A stretch of DNA of 64,000 nucleotides, from NCBI GenBank assembly GCA_041690395.1, contig JAWLHJ010000002.1, positions 1-64,000 on the forward strand, written 5' to 3'. Source of the stretch: Longimicrobiales bacterium. GTDB lineage: Bacteria; Gemmatimonadota; Gemmatimonadetes; Longimicrobiales; Gaopeijiaceae. This document shows positions 26,479 to 36,280 of this stretch, piece by piece. Made by a program: the position numbers and the translations under genes. Below the pieces are notes generated by a model. That model saw nothing but the letters and a program-made list of their open reading frames with translations. It made no database searches and was not told the origin of the DNA. Each line of letters starts with the position of its first letter. Within the stretch, counting starts at the first letter, position 1.

Positions 26479-29400
26479 ATGCCCTACGTCGAGCTCCACT
26501 GCCATTCCGGCTTCTCCTTCCTGGACGGCGCCTCCCACCCGGAGGAGCTGGTGCTGCGCGCGAAGGAGTTGGACTACCCCGCCCTGGCGCTGACCGACCA
26601 CGACGGGCTCTACGGCTCAATGGAGTTCGCGCAGGCGGCGAAGCACTGGGGAATGCAGCCCATCACGGGGGCGGAGGTCTCGCTGGAGGGTGACCACCAC
26701 GTCACCCTCCTCGCCGAGAACCCCACAGGCTACGCGAACCTCTGCCGGCTCATCACCGAGGCCCACATGACCTCGGAGCGGGGCTCGCCGCGGCTCCCCC
26801 TCCCATCCCTCTTGGCGCACATCGAAGGGCTCATCCTCCTGACCGGATGTCGCCGGAGTCCCCTGGCCGCCGCGCTGGATTCGTCGGTGGCGGACGCCGA
26901 GGCCCTGGTGCGCCGGCTGGTGGGCGCATTCGGGCCGGGGAGCGTCTTCGTCGAGCTCCAGGACAACGCGGTCCAGGGTGACGCGGCCCGCAACCGTGCG
27001 CTGGGCCGGCTGGCCGGTCGAATGGGACTCGGCGTGGTGGCCACCGGCAACGTGCATTACCACCGTCCGGAGCGGCACCGGCTCCAGGACGTCATGGTGG
27101 CCATCCGCAACCGCACCACCCTAGACGGCGCCCACGGCGTCCGGCGGGCGAACCGGCTCTTCCACCTCGCCGAGCCATGGGAGATGGAGCACCGCTTCGA
27201 CAGCCGGCCCGAGGCGCTGACCAACACGCTCCTCATCGCGGAGCGGTGCGCGGGGTTCGACCTCACCGAAGACCTGGGATACGAGTTCCCGGACTTCGAA
27301 GGCGCGGACGCGGGGGACGCCCTCGATGCCCTCGCCGCCATCTGCCGCGCAAAGATCGCCGAGCGGTACCCCGCCGGAAGCCGGGAGGCCGAGGGCGCCG
27401 AGGCCCGCCTGCAGAAGGAGCTCTCCCTGGTGGACCTGCACGGGCTCGCGGGCTTCTTCCTGGTCTACCGGGACATCATGGAGCTCGCCGCCCAGGTCGC
27501 GCGCGAGGTGCGGGGGGACGCGCCGCGGGCCCACTCGGGGCTCCCGCCGGGACGTGGCCGTGGCTCGTCGGTGTCGAGCATCATCTGCTACCTCATCGGA
27601 CTGTCGCATATCGACCCGGTGAAGAACGACCTCTTCCTGGGTCGCTTCCTCAACGAGGCGCTCCGGAGCGTGCCGGACATCGATCTCGATTTCCCGCGGG
27701 ATATCCGCGAGCAGCTCATCCTCAGGGTCTACGAGAAGTACGGCTACGACCACACGGGGCTGGTGTGCAGCTTCCCCACGTACCGGCTACGCTCCGCGGT
27801 GCGCGAGATCGGCAAGGCGCTGGACCTCCCCATGGGCGAGCTCGAGAAGCTCTCCAAGCTGGCGGAGCACCGCTCGGCCTCGGGACTCGCCGAGGAGATC
27901 GCGAAGCTCCCGGAGTTCAAGGACCGGGCCGACACCCAGCAGTGGAAGCTCCTCGGCGCCCTCGCGGAGGATATCTCCGGCCTCCCCCGCCACATCTCGC
28001 AGCACGTGGGGGGCATGATCATCTCGAGCCGGCCGCTCCTGGAGATCGTGCCGCTGGAGCCCGCGGCCTGGGAAGGCCGAGTCCTCTGCCAGTGGGACAA
28101 GGACTCGTGCGAGGACGCGGGCTTCATCAAGATCGATTTCCTGGCCCTGGGGATGCTCTCGCTGGTCGAGGAAGGCATCGACCTGATCTCGGAACGGCAC
28201 GGCGACGCGCCGGACCTGTCACGCATCGACTTCGACGACGAGGTCATCTACGACCGTCTGTGTGACGGCGACACCGTGGGGATCTTCCAGGTGGAGAGCC
28301 GCGCCCAGATCCAGATGCTCCGGCGCACCCGCCCCCGGAACCTCGAGGACCTGGCCGTGCAGGTGGCCATCGTGCGCCCGGGCCCAATCGTGGGCGGCGC
28401 GGTGAACCCGTACGTGCGGCGGCGGGAGATGCTCCGGGAGAACCCGGAATACCTGGTCCCCTACCCCCATCCGCTCCTCGAGGACCCGCTCGGCGAGACG
28501 CTCGGCGTGGTCATCTACCAGGACCAGGTGCTCGGGGTGTGCCAGGCGCTGGCGGGGTTCACCGACGGGCAGGCCGAATCGCTCCGGCGGGCCATGAGCC
28601 GGAAGCGCTCACGAGAGGCGCTGGAGGCCCACTGGGAGGCGTTCCGGGACGGCGCGGCGGCCAACGGGGTGGACGAGACCACCGCCCGGGAGGTGTTCGG
28701 CCAGGTGACGGCGTTCTCCGAGTTCGGCTTCCCGAAGTCGCACGCGGTGGCGTTCGGGCTCCTCGCCTATCAGTCGGCGTGGCTCCGGCACTACTATCCG
28801 GTCGAGTTCTACGTCGCCCTCTTCAACAACCAACCGATGGGCTTCTACTCGCTGGACGCGCTGGGCCGGGACGCGCGCCGGAACGGGCTCCGCACCCTGC
28901 TCCCCGACGTGAACCGGAGCCGGGTCCGGTGCACCCCGGAAGACACCGCAGGCGACGCCACGGACTGCGCCGCGCTCCGCATCGGGCTGGGGTTCGTACG
29001 GGGATGGGGGGAGGAGATCGCCGAGCGGGTGGTGGCCGAGCGGGACCGGCGGGGCCCGTTCCAATCGCTGGTGGACTTCCTCCGCCGCACCCCCGCCGCC
29101 CTCAAGCGGCCGGCCGTCGAGAACCTCATCTGGGTGGGCGGCTTCGAGGGGCTCGGCCTCACGCGCCGAGAGCTCCTCTGGCAGACCGGCCTCTGGCTCG
29201 GCCCCGACGGCGACGGCGAGCGCACCGGCGGCCGCGACGACCACGCGCAGACTGAGCTGCTGCTCGACGACCCATACGCGGACCGGGCCTTCCCGGACCT
29301 CGACGCGAGCGACCGCCTGGTGGCCGAGTACCGCATGCTCCGCTTCTCCGCCGAAAAGCATCCCCTGACCCTGCTGGCCGACGCGCTCCCCGAGGGGACC

Positions 29401-29859
29401 GTCCCGTCGCGCGCGCTCCCCGACCTCCATCAGGGGAGCACGGTGCGGGTCGCGGGGCTCGTCACCACCCGGCAGCGGCCCGGCACCGCCAAGGGGTACG
29501 TCTTCGTGCTCATGGAGGACGAGGACGGTCCCGTGAACGTCATCGTGAAGCCCGACATCTACGCCCGGTACCGGAACGCCGTGCGGCTCGAGCCGTTCCT
29601 CTCGGTGCGCGGCCGGCTCCAGAAGGACGGCGCGACCCTGAACGTCATCGCCCAGCACATCGAGGCGCTCCGGGTGCCGGGGCGGCCCGTGTCGAGGCGG
29701 GCGGCGACAGCGCCATCCGAGCCCGAAGTCCCCGGCGCCACCGAGTATTGGGGCGACACCAGTGACCCGGCGAGTGAGCGCACAGGCTCCCGCCGAAATC
29801 CCTCCCGCTATCTCACCTCCCTGCGCGAGCACGCGCCGGGCATCAAGAGTTGGGGCTGA
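26479..29859 (+). CDS. dnaE2: Error-prone DNA polymerase III alpha subunit (DnaE2/ImuC)
   Basis: YVELHCHSGFSFLDGASHPEEL, GRGSS, PDIDLDF, PRHISQHVGGM, QWDKDSC, FQVESRAQ, FGFPKSHA, NNQPMGFY, RQRPGTAKG. Confidence 0.95.
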   Translation: MPYVELHCHSGFSFLDGASHPEELVLRAKELDYPALALTDHDGLYGSMEFAQAAKHWGMQPITGAEVSLEGDHHVTLLAENPTGYANLCRLITEAHMTSERGSPRLPLPSLLAHIEGLILLTGCRRSPLAAALDSSVADAEALVRRLVGAFGPGSVFVELQDNAVQGDAARNRALGRLAGRMGLGVVATGNVHYHRPERHRLQDVMVAIRNRTTLDGAHGVRRANRLFHLAEPWEMEHRFDSRPEALTNTLLIAERCAGFDLTEDLGYEFPDFEGADAGDALDALAAICRAKIAERYPAGSREAEGAEARLQKELSLVDLHGLAGFFLVYRDIMELAAQVAREVRGDAPRAHSGLPPGRGRGSSVSSIICYLIGLSHIDPVKNDLFLGRFLNEALRSVPDIDLDFPRDIREQLILRVYEKYGYDHTGLVCSFPTYRLRSAVREIGKALDLPMGELEKLSKLAEHRSASGLAEEIAKLPEFKDRADTQQWKLLGALAEDISGLPRHISQHVGGMIISSRPLLEIVPLEPAAWEGRVLCQWDKDSCEDAGFIKIDFLALGMLSLVEEGIDLISERHGDAPDLSRIDFDDEVIYDRLCDGDTVGIFQVESRAQIQMLRRTRPRNLEDLAVQVAIVRPGPIVGGAVNPYVRRREMLRENPEYLVPYPHPLLEDPLGETLGVVIYQDQVLGVCQALAGFTDGQAESLRRAMSRKRSREALEAHWEAFRDGAAANGVDETTAREVFGQVTAFSEFGFPKSHAVAFGLLAYQSAWLRHYYPVEFYVALFNNQPMGFYSLDALGRDARRNGLRTLLPDVNRSRVRCTPEDTAGDATDCAALRIGLGFVRGWGEEIAERVVAERDRRGPFQSLVDFLRRTPAALKRPAVENLIWVGGFEGLGLTRRELLWQTGLWLGPDGDGERTGGRDDHAQTELLLDDPYADRAFPDLDASDRLVAEYRMLRFSAEKHPLTLLADALPEGTVPSRALPDLHQGSTVRVAGLVTTRQRPGTAKGYVFVLMEDEDGPVNVIVKPDIYARYRNAVRLEPFLSVRGRLQKDGATLNVIAQHIEALRVPGRPVSRRAATAPSEPEVPGATEYWGDTSDPASERTGSRRNPSRYLTSLREHAPGIKSWG

Positions 29860-29891
29860 CCCCACCAACCATCCTCGAGGAGACCACAGCC

Positions 29892-30293
29892 ATGAAGAAG
29901 CTGACCCCCATCATCACCGTCGAAGCCATCGAGCCGTGTCTGCCGTTCTGGACCGACGCGCTCGGCTTCGAGGTGCCCGTGACGGTCCCCCACGAAGACG
30001 CCCTCGGCTTCGCCATCCTCCAGAAGGACGGCGTGGAGCTGATGTACCAGACCCGCGCCAGCATCGACGCGGACCTGGGCGAGTCGGGTGCGCCGGCGGG
30101 CTTCGGGAGCGAGCTGGCCGCCGGCCGCTCCCTGCTGTTCATCGAGGTCGACGCCATCGATCCACTCCTGCCGAAGCTCGACGGCGTCGAGATCGTCATC
30201 CCCCGCCGGCAAACCTTCTACGGCATGGACGAGATCTTCGTGCGTGCGCCGTGCGGCACGGTGGTGGGGTTCGCGGCGAAGGTCGAGGAGTAG
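29892..30293 (+). CDS. VOC/glyoxalase family protein
   Basis: LTPII.VEAIEPCLPFW...LGF, LFIEV, RQTFYGMDEIFVRAPCG; GAGGAG RBS. Confidence 0.85.
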   Translation: MKKLTPIITVEAIEPCLPFWTDALGFEVPVTVPHEDALGFAILQKDGVELMYQTRASIDADLGESGAPAGFGSELAAGRSLLFIEVDAIDPLLPKLDGVEIVIPRRQTFYGMDEIFVRAPCGTVVGFAAKVEE

Positions 30294-30321
30294 CCGACGC
30301 CGCTGAACGCGGGAGCCCGTG

Positions 30322-30762
30322 TCAGTCCAACCGCTCCGTCACCGTCGCGCCCCACGGGCAGAAGCGCTCGACCGTCTCGAGCCAGTAGTCGAGGTCGTCC
30401 TCGACCATGCTCGGGCGGCCGTCGCACACCTCGATCGCCATGTCGGGGGCGTGGACCGTCGACGGGATCATGTGCCAGCTCCACGGATCGTTGTAACCGG
30501 CGTCCCCGGCGGCGAGCTCTCCCGAGATCACTCCTTCCTCGCCGGAGGCCAGGCGAGCTTCCATCTGCTGGAGCTGATCGGGTGTCGTCACCCCGACCAC
30601 GAACGTCTCTCCGCTGACTTCGACCTCGTAGCGGGCCAGGAGGTCAGGGCTCGTGGGGTCGTCGTCGCAGGCGGACAGCGTGGTGAGGGCGGCGGTGGTC
30701 GCGAAAACGAGCAGGGCCCGGGCTCCGAGCTCCTGTATGCGCTGCTTCATGCGTTCGTCCAT
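30322..30762 (-). CDS. BP74-related lipoprotein
   Basis: Lipobox LSAC; G.L...DAGYNDPWSWH, AIEVCDGRP..VE, FCPW. Confidence 0.7.
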   Translation of the reverse strand: MDERMKQRIQELGARALLVFATTAALTTLSACDDDPTSPDLLARYEVEVSGETFVVGVTTPDQLQQMEARLASGEEGVISGELAAGDAGYNDPWSWHMIPSTVHAPDMAIEVCDGRPSMVEDDLDYWLETVERFCPWGATVTERLD

Positions 30763-30825
30763 GATATGCGGTGGCTGCTTTCTGCGATTTCCGTCTGGAG
30801 ATACAGAACGATCGACAGCTCGGGA

Positions 30826-31430
30826 TCATGCCGCGGGGTCGGATGCGCCCCGTGGCTTGCGCAGCGCGTCGATCGCGAACCCCACGTCGAGGGACTCCCC
30901 GGACCAGCGGGGCGTGGGCGTCCACGGACCGGGACACACACCCCGGACATGGTTCCCGGCTCTGAGGACCAGGGCCGGGTCGTCCGCAACGCGGGCGCGG
31001 TCGTGCTCGTCCGGCGACTCCATCGACCCACTGCGGCCAACTCTCCGGTGCGCAGCCGTGGGTACGACCGGAGCACCCTCTAGCCTCCGTACGCCGGGAT
31101 CCGGAACTCCAACACACCCGCTTCCGCCACCTGCAGGCTCACCTCACCCTCGTGCACCGCCCGATGATGCCGCCGACATAGGAGTGCCAGGTTCGGTATG
31201 ACGCACCCCGCACCCAGGAAGGCGGCACCCGCCGTCGCGAAACTCCAAAGCCCTGCGCATGGCGGGCGGGACCGTCCGGGCCCTTCGCCCGACATCGAGC
31301 ACCGCACCCGCGTCGTCATGCCGCATCTCCACCACCGTCCCTTCGCACGAGAGGCGCCGAAACGTTTCAGCTGAAACGTGGATGTCGTCGGGACCGCCCC
31401 CGAGGACACCCAGCCGCCCCCTGTGCCCCG
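30826..31430 (-). pseudogene. Degraded DUF222/HNH endonuclease gene remnant
   Basis: Pieces in different frames: VSAETFRRLSC...VLDVGRRARTVPPAMRRALEFRDGGCRLPGCG / NLALLCRRHHRAVHEG...(TAG) / PRWSGESLDVGFAIDAL. The N-terminus and the first HNH His segment are missing. Confidence 0.8.
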
Positions 31431-31530
31431 GGGCCGGCGGGCCGCCGCTCGCGACGACTCCGAGGGAGGTGCGAGACGAGCCCGACCCGCCCATCCCAGA
31501 AGCTGTCAATAGCTGGATGGGCCGCTACCC

Positions 31531-33567
31531 TCACCCCCGCGGCCAGATATTGTTGCCGCGGTCCACGTCAGGCGCGTAGCCGGCGGGGTCGAGCTCGACC
31601 CGGGTCACCCGCCCCGCGGAATCCGGCAGGACATGCTCGTGCACGCTCGCGCCGCTGAGCCAGTGATCGACCGGAATGTCGTACTCGATGGTCTCGCCGC
31701 TGGTGGTGCGGACCCGGACCCGCGCGGGGTAGATGGCGTTTCCGCGGTCCTGCACGACGACTATGCTGCCACCGCTGGTCGGTGTGCGGACGTTCTCGAC
31801 GGAGTGGTCGAGGATCCACGTCTCGTAGTAGAACGAGGTCCAGAACCAGTCGAGATCCCGCTCGGCGACCCGCTCGAACGTGTTGAAGAAGTCCCAGGGC
31901 GTGGGGTGCTTGTAGGCCCATTCCGACAGGAAAGTGCGGTACGCCTCGGTCCACGCTTCGTGGCCGATGACCTCTCGCAGCGCGACCATGAGCGTGGCTG
32001 GCTTCGCATACGAGGCGATGCCGTAGCCGGGGCCGGGCTGATAGTAGTCGCCGTGCCGCATCATGCTCTGCTCGAGCTCGGCGGCGGCGACCTGCAGGTA
32101 GGGCTGCGCCTCGACCCGGTGGTGATCCAGCCCGGGCCAGTATTCCATGCGGCTCTCACCCTCGAGGAACGTCGTCATGCCCTCGTCCATCCAGGCGTGA
32201 CGCTTCTCGTTCGTGCTCACGATCATGGGCACCCACATGTGGGCGATCTCGTGGGACGTGACGTTGAAAAGCTGCTGCTCGCCCTGGCCCGTGTACGGCC
32301 CGATGACGGTCATCATCGGGAACTCCATCCCGCCGCCGATGATGTCGGCGCCTTCCACGGAGGTCATGTGGGACCAGGGATAGGCGATGCCTGTGTAGCG
32401 CGAGTGGAATTCGATGGATTGCTTGCCGTACAGCCACTGCTGCTCCCAGAGCGGCGCCCGGTCCTCCCGCCAGAACGAGTGGATGAGCACCCGGTCCTCC
32501 TCGCCGTCCCCGTCGCGGTCGGCCACCACTGCCGACGTCGCGTCCCAGCGCTGAACGTTGGAGGTGGTCCAGGCGAAGTCGCGCACGCTGTCCGCGGCGA
32601 ACTCGTACGTGAGCCAACCGTCCACGCCCTCGGTCGTGACCGTGCCGGCGTCACGCTCGCCCTGTCCGGCGATCAGAACACGCTCGTCCGAAGCGGCGGC
32701 CTCCTCGATCCGGCCGAGCGTGAGCGGCGTGTAGACCTCACCGGGGTTCTGGAGCTCACCGGTCGCCATGACCGACCAGCCGGCCGGCACAGACAGCCTG
32801 GCGGTATAGTCGCCGAAGCCGTCGTGGAACTCGGCGTTGCCGAGATACGGCTCCGCGTCCCACCCGCGAACAGGGTCGAAGGTGGCCATCTTGGGGAACC
32901 AGTAGGCCACGAAGTACATCTCGCGGTCGGAGTGGCCCATGCGGCCGGCACCCGCCTGGGGTAGGACGACGTTCCACGCGATCTCGAGCTCGAGGGTGTC
33001 GCCCTCCTCCAGGACGTCGGCGGGCCTGACCTCCATGAGCGTGCCGTCTACCCGGTAGGCCGGCCCCTGCGCGAGCGGGCCCTCGGTCAGCGTATCGCCC
33101 GCGGCGATCACCCGTGTGAGTTCCACCCCACCGGTGATCTCCTGGGCCTCGTTCCGGGGCACCCCCTCCTTGTGGAGGTTCTGGTGCAGGTGCAGCCAGA
33201 CCGTGCCGAGACGGGCGGGCGCGTTGTGGGCGTAGCGTATGCGCACGGTGCCTTCGAGGCGTCCCGTCTCGGGGTCCAGGCGCCCCTCGAGATCGTACTT
33301 GGTCCACTGCGCCCAGTACGAATCGGTCGGGCTGCCGTCGGCGGTCCGCCATCCACGGTCGACGGAGTTCCGGTGACCCCGCTCGGGCTGGACAGCCGCC
33401 GGGATCGCGCGTACGACGCCCTCCTCTCGGGAGCCGTTCGCGGACTGTTGGGCGGTGACGGCGGCGGGAAGGATCGCGACCGCGACGAGCACGAGAGCGA
33501 GCCCACCGGCGCGGTGGAGTCCCTTACGACACTTCCCTTCCGATCGCTCGCTCATCTCGTTCCTCAC
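31531..33567 (-). CDS. M1 family zinc aminopeptidase, secreted
   Basis: GGMEFP, HEIAH-x18-E (WMDEG), YAKP, HPTPWDFF; signal peptide; GTGA overlap with the upstream gene. Confidence 0.92.
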   Translation of the reverse strand: MRNEMSERSEGKCRKGLHRAGGLALVLVAVAILPAAVTAQQSANGSREEGVVRAIPAAVQPERGHRNSVDRGWRTADGSPTDSYWAQWTKYDLEGRLDPETGRLEGTVRIRYAHNAPARLGTVWLHLHQNLHKEGVPRNEAQEITGGVELTRVIAAGDTLTEGPLAQGPAYRVDGTLMEVRPADVLEEGDTLELEIAWNVVLPQAGAGRMGHSDREMYFVAYWFPKMATFDPVRGWDAEPYLGNAEFHDGFGDYTARLSVPAGWSVMATGELQNPGEVYTPLTLGRIEEAAASDERVLIAGQGERDAGTVTTEGVDGWLTYEFAADSVRDFAWTTSNVQRWDATSAVVADRDGDGEEDRVLIHSFWREDRAPLWEQQWLYGKQSIEFHSRYTGIAYPWSHMTSVEGADIIGGGMEFPMMTVIGPYTGQGEQQLFNVTSHEIAHMWVPMIVSTNEKRHAWMDEGMTTFLEGESRMEYWPGLDHHRVEAQPYLQVAAAELEQSMMRHGDYYQPGPGYGIASYAKPATLMVALREVIGHEAWTEAYRTFLSEWAYKHPTPWDFFNTFERVAERDLDWFWTSFYYETWILDHSVENVRTPTSGGSIVVVQDRGNAIYPARVRVRTTSGETIEYDIPVDHWLSGASVHEHVLPDSAGRVTRVELDPAGYAPDVDRGNNIWPRG

Positions 33568-34448
33568 CCGTTTCGTTTCAGATAAAAGGCCACGCCCGCC
33601 CAGTCGGTCGCCGCCGAAAACATGTCGAAATACCGGTCCACCTGCTCGCGCCCCATGAACGGCGCCAACTCCTCCCGGACCTCCTCCTCGAAGCGCGCGG
33701 CGTCGGTCTCCTCGTCGCTCGCCTCGAGCGCAGTCCGCACCCGGGCCTCGAGCGCGGCCAGTCTGGCTTCCAACTGTTCCCGCCTCGTCTCCACGTCCTC
33801 GTGGATGCCGAAGTGGGTCACCCCCGCCCGCTCGGGTCCGATCTCACCGATCTCCTTCAGCGTCCCCTCCCACGCCCGCAGATCCACGGACGGTGGAGGC
33901 GTCGCCGGGTGGGTCGGGCCGCCACCGAGCACGATCCCCAAGGAGTCTCCCGAAAACAATGTGCCATCGCGCTCGTCCAGAAACGCGAGGTGATGCGCGA
34001 TGTGGCCGGGCGTGTGAACAGGCCGAAGCCCTTTCCACGGCCCCGCCTCACCCTCCCGCCAACCGCGGATCCGGTCCTCCGGCACGCCCTTCACCTCCCC
34101 CCACAAACGGTCATGCGCGTCCCCGAACGTCCGCCGCGTGCTCGCCACCAGGCGCTCCGGCCGCACCATATGAGACGCCCCGTCCTCGTGGACATGCACA
34201 ACGGCTTCCGGAAAGCGCTCCACCAGATGGCCGGTCGCGCCCGCGTGGTCGAGGTGCACGTGCGTCAGCATGACGTGCCTCAGGTCGGTCGGCCCGACCC
34301 CACGCGCCGCCAGCTCGTCGGTGAGGTGATCCAGGGTCGTCGTGGGCCCCGGATCGACGATCGTGGGCTCGGGGCCGTCGATCAGATAACACGCGATCGC
34401 GCCCTCGAGGTCCAGGTGCATGAGGTCGATGCAGTCGGGCTTCTTCAT
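33564..34448 (-). CDS. MBL-fold metallo-hydrolase
   Basis: THVHLDHAGA, HTPGHIAHH, FSGD, THFG; AGGAG RBS. Confidence 0.92.
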   Translation of the reverse strand: MKKPDCIDLMHLDLEGAIACYLIDGPEPTIVDPGPTTTLDHLTDELAARGVGPTDLRHVMLTHVHLDHAGATGHLVERFPEAVVHVHEDGASHMVRPERLVASTRRTFGDAHDRLWGEVKGVPEDRIRGWREGEAGPWKGLRPVHTPGHIAHHLAFLDERDGTLFSGDSLGIVLGGGPTHPATPPPSVDLRAWEGTLKEIGEIGPERAGVTHFGIHEDVETRREQLEARLAALEARVRTALEASDEETDAARFEEEVREELAPFMGREQVDRYFDMFSAATDWAGVAFYLKRNG

Positions 34449-34481
34449 GTCCGTCGCTTCTCCTGGTACGAAAGCACATAC

Positions 34482-34513
34482 GAAAAAAGGGGCGCCCGCT
34501 CGGGGCGCCCCTT
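34482..34513 (-). terminator. Intrinsic terminator of gltA
   Basis: Minus strand AAGGGGCGCCC-CGAGC-GGGCGCCCC-TTTTTT. Confidence 0.85.
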
Positions 34514-34555
34514 CCTGTTCGCCGCGAGCGGGTCGCTCGACGGGTCCGTGACGAC

Positions 34556-35863
34556 TCAGCGCTCGCCGATCGGGACGAAGTCGCGCTCGCCCTCGCCGAC
34601 GTACACCTGCCGCGGACGCGCGATCTTCTGCTCGCCGTCCTCGAGCATCTCCTCCCACTGGGCCAGCCAGCCCACCGCGCGCGGAATCGCGAACAGCACC
34701 GGGAACATCTCGACGGGGAAGCCCATCGCCTGGTAGATGATGCCGGAGTAGAAGTCGACGTTCGGGTAGAGGTTCCGCTCGACGAAGAAATCCTCGTTGA
34801 GCGCGATCTTCTCGAGCTCGAGCGCGATGTCGAGGAGCGGGTTGCGACCCGTGACCTCGAAGACCTCGTCGGCGGTGCGCTTGATGATGCTCGCCCGCGG
34901 GTCGTACGCCTTGTAGACCCGGTGCCCGAAGCCCATCAGGCGCTCCTCGCGATTCTTCACCCCTTCCATGAAGGCCGGGATGTTCTCGACCTTGCCGATC
35001 CGCTTGAGCATGCGCAGCACCGCCTCGTTCGCGCCGCCGTGCAGCGGTCCGTAGAGCGCGGCCATGCCACCGGCCAGCGCCGAATACGGGTCGGCCTCCG
35101 ACGAGCCGATCACCCGCATGGCCGTGGTCGAGCAGTTCTGCTCGTGATCCGCGTGCAGGATGAAGAGCGTATCGAGCGCCTTCGCCAGCACCGGGCTCGG
35201 CTTGTAGTCCCGCGAGCCGATCCGGAAGAGCATGTTGAGGAAGTTCTCGGTGTACGAGAACTCGTTCTCGGGATACACGTACGGAAGGCCCCGGTGGTGC
35301 CGGTACGAGTACGCGGCCAGCGTCGGCATCTTCGCGACGATGCGCACGATCTGCTCCCAGCGCACGTCGGGATTGCGGACGTCCTTCGCTTCCGGGTAGA
35401 AGGTCGACAGCGCGGAGACACCGCTGATGACCATCCCCATGGCGTGGGCGTCGTAACGGAAGCCCTCGAAGAGATCCGTGATGTTCTCATGCACGTAGGT
35501 GTGGAACGTCACGTCGTGCACGAAAGCGTCGAGCTCCGACTGGGTCGGGAGCTCACCCTTCAGGAGGAGGTAGGCGACCTCCAGATGGGAGCTCCGCTCC
35601 GCCAGTTGCTCGATGGGATAGCCGCGGTAGCGGAGGATCCCCTCTCCGCCGTCGATGTACGTGATCTCACTCCGGGTCGACGCCGTGTTCGTGAACGCGG
35701 GGTCGTAGGACATCATCCCGAAGTCGCTTTCCTCGACCTTGATCTGGCGAAGATCCATCGCGCGGATCACGTCGCCCTCGAGGATGTCGATCTCGTACTC
35801 CCGCCCGGTGCGATTGTCCCGGATCGAGAGGCTGTCCTTCCTCTCGCTTCCGCTCTCTCCCAT
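34556..35863 (-). CDS. gltA: Citrate synthase
   Basis: YDPAFTNTAS, ITYIDG..GILRYRGYPIEQLA, LHADHEQNCST, GPLHGGANE, MGFGHRVYK, YPNVDFYSG. Confidence 0.97.
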   Translation of the reverse strand: MGESGSERKDSLSIRDNRTGREYEIDILEGDVIRAMDLRQIKVEESDFGMMSYDPAFTNTASTRSEITYIDGGEGILRYRGYPIEQLAERSSHLEVAYLLLKGELPTQSELDAFVHDVTFHTYVHENITDLFEGFRYDAHAMGMVISGVSALSTFYPEAKDVRNPDVRWEQIVRIVAKMPTLAAYSYRHHRGLPYVYPENEFSYTENFLNMLFRIGSRDYKPSPVLAKALDTLFILHADHEQNCSTTAMRVIGSSEADPYSALAGGMAALYGPLHGGANEAVLRMLKRIGKVENIPAFMEGVKNREERLMGFGHRVYKAYDPRASIIKRTADEVFEVTGRNPLLDIALELEKIALNEDFFVERNLYPNVDFYSGIIYQAMGFPVEMFPVLFAIPRAVGWLAQWEEMLEDGEQKIARPRQVYVGEGERDFVPIGER

Positions 35864-35989
35864 GAAATTCTCCGTTTGATTGCCTGAGGCGCCGGTATGC
35901 GGCTTGGGGTCGTGCACTCCCCCGAGGTCGTCGGAAGAGCCTGATAATGTACCGATCCGGGGGCGTGGCCCCAAGTAGGGGCGCACCGA

Positions 35990-36072
35990 TGCCGGGGGCG
36001 GGATTCGAACCCGCACGCCCTTGCGGACAGCGGCTTTTGAGGCCGCCGCGTCTACCGTTCCGCCACCCCGGC
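35990..36072 (-). tRNA. tRNA-Leu(CAA); CCA not encoded
   Basis: GCCGGGGTGGCGGAACGGTAGACGCGGCGGCCT-CAA-AAGCCGCTGTCCGCAAGGGCGTGCGGGTTCGAATCCCGCCCCCGGCA; long variable arm, T-loop GTTCGAAT. Confidence 0.96.
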
Positions 36073-36280
36073 AGGGCCCGGCGCGCCACCCGAGAGGCCC
36101 GATGGCTGCCAGACCCGCAAGCTAACGCACCGCGCCCTCGCGGCTCAATAGAGGTCCGGCGAGGCCTGCGGTACCTCACGGCACCTGACAGGGGGCCCGA
36201 CTTGACGCATCATTAGTGCTCACTCAGGACCGAACCATTCGGGCGCGCGACGCGCCCGGTGCACGACGACAGGAGCCAAC

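Noticed and set aside
31080..31082. In-frame TAG in the HNH remnant as programmed read-through
   Set aside because: Surrounding frameshifts and deletions indicate decay, and no recoding machinery or signal is seen.
35990..36072. tRNA-Leu as an integration site for a genomic island
   Set aside because: It is flanked by core genes gltA and acnA, with no integrase and no duplicated tRNA 3' end seen in the window.
36202..36235. TTGACG upstream of acnA as a sigma70 -35
   Set aside because: No convincing -10 hexamer at 16-18 bp spacing.
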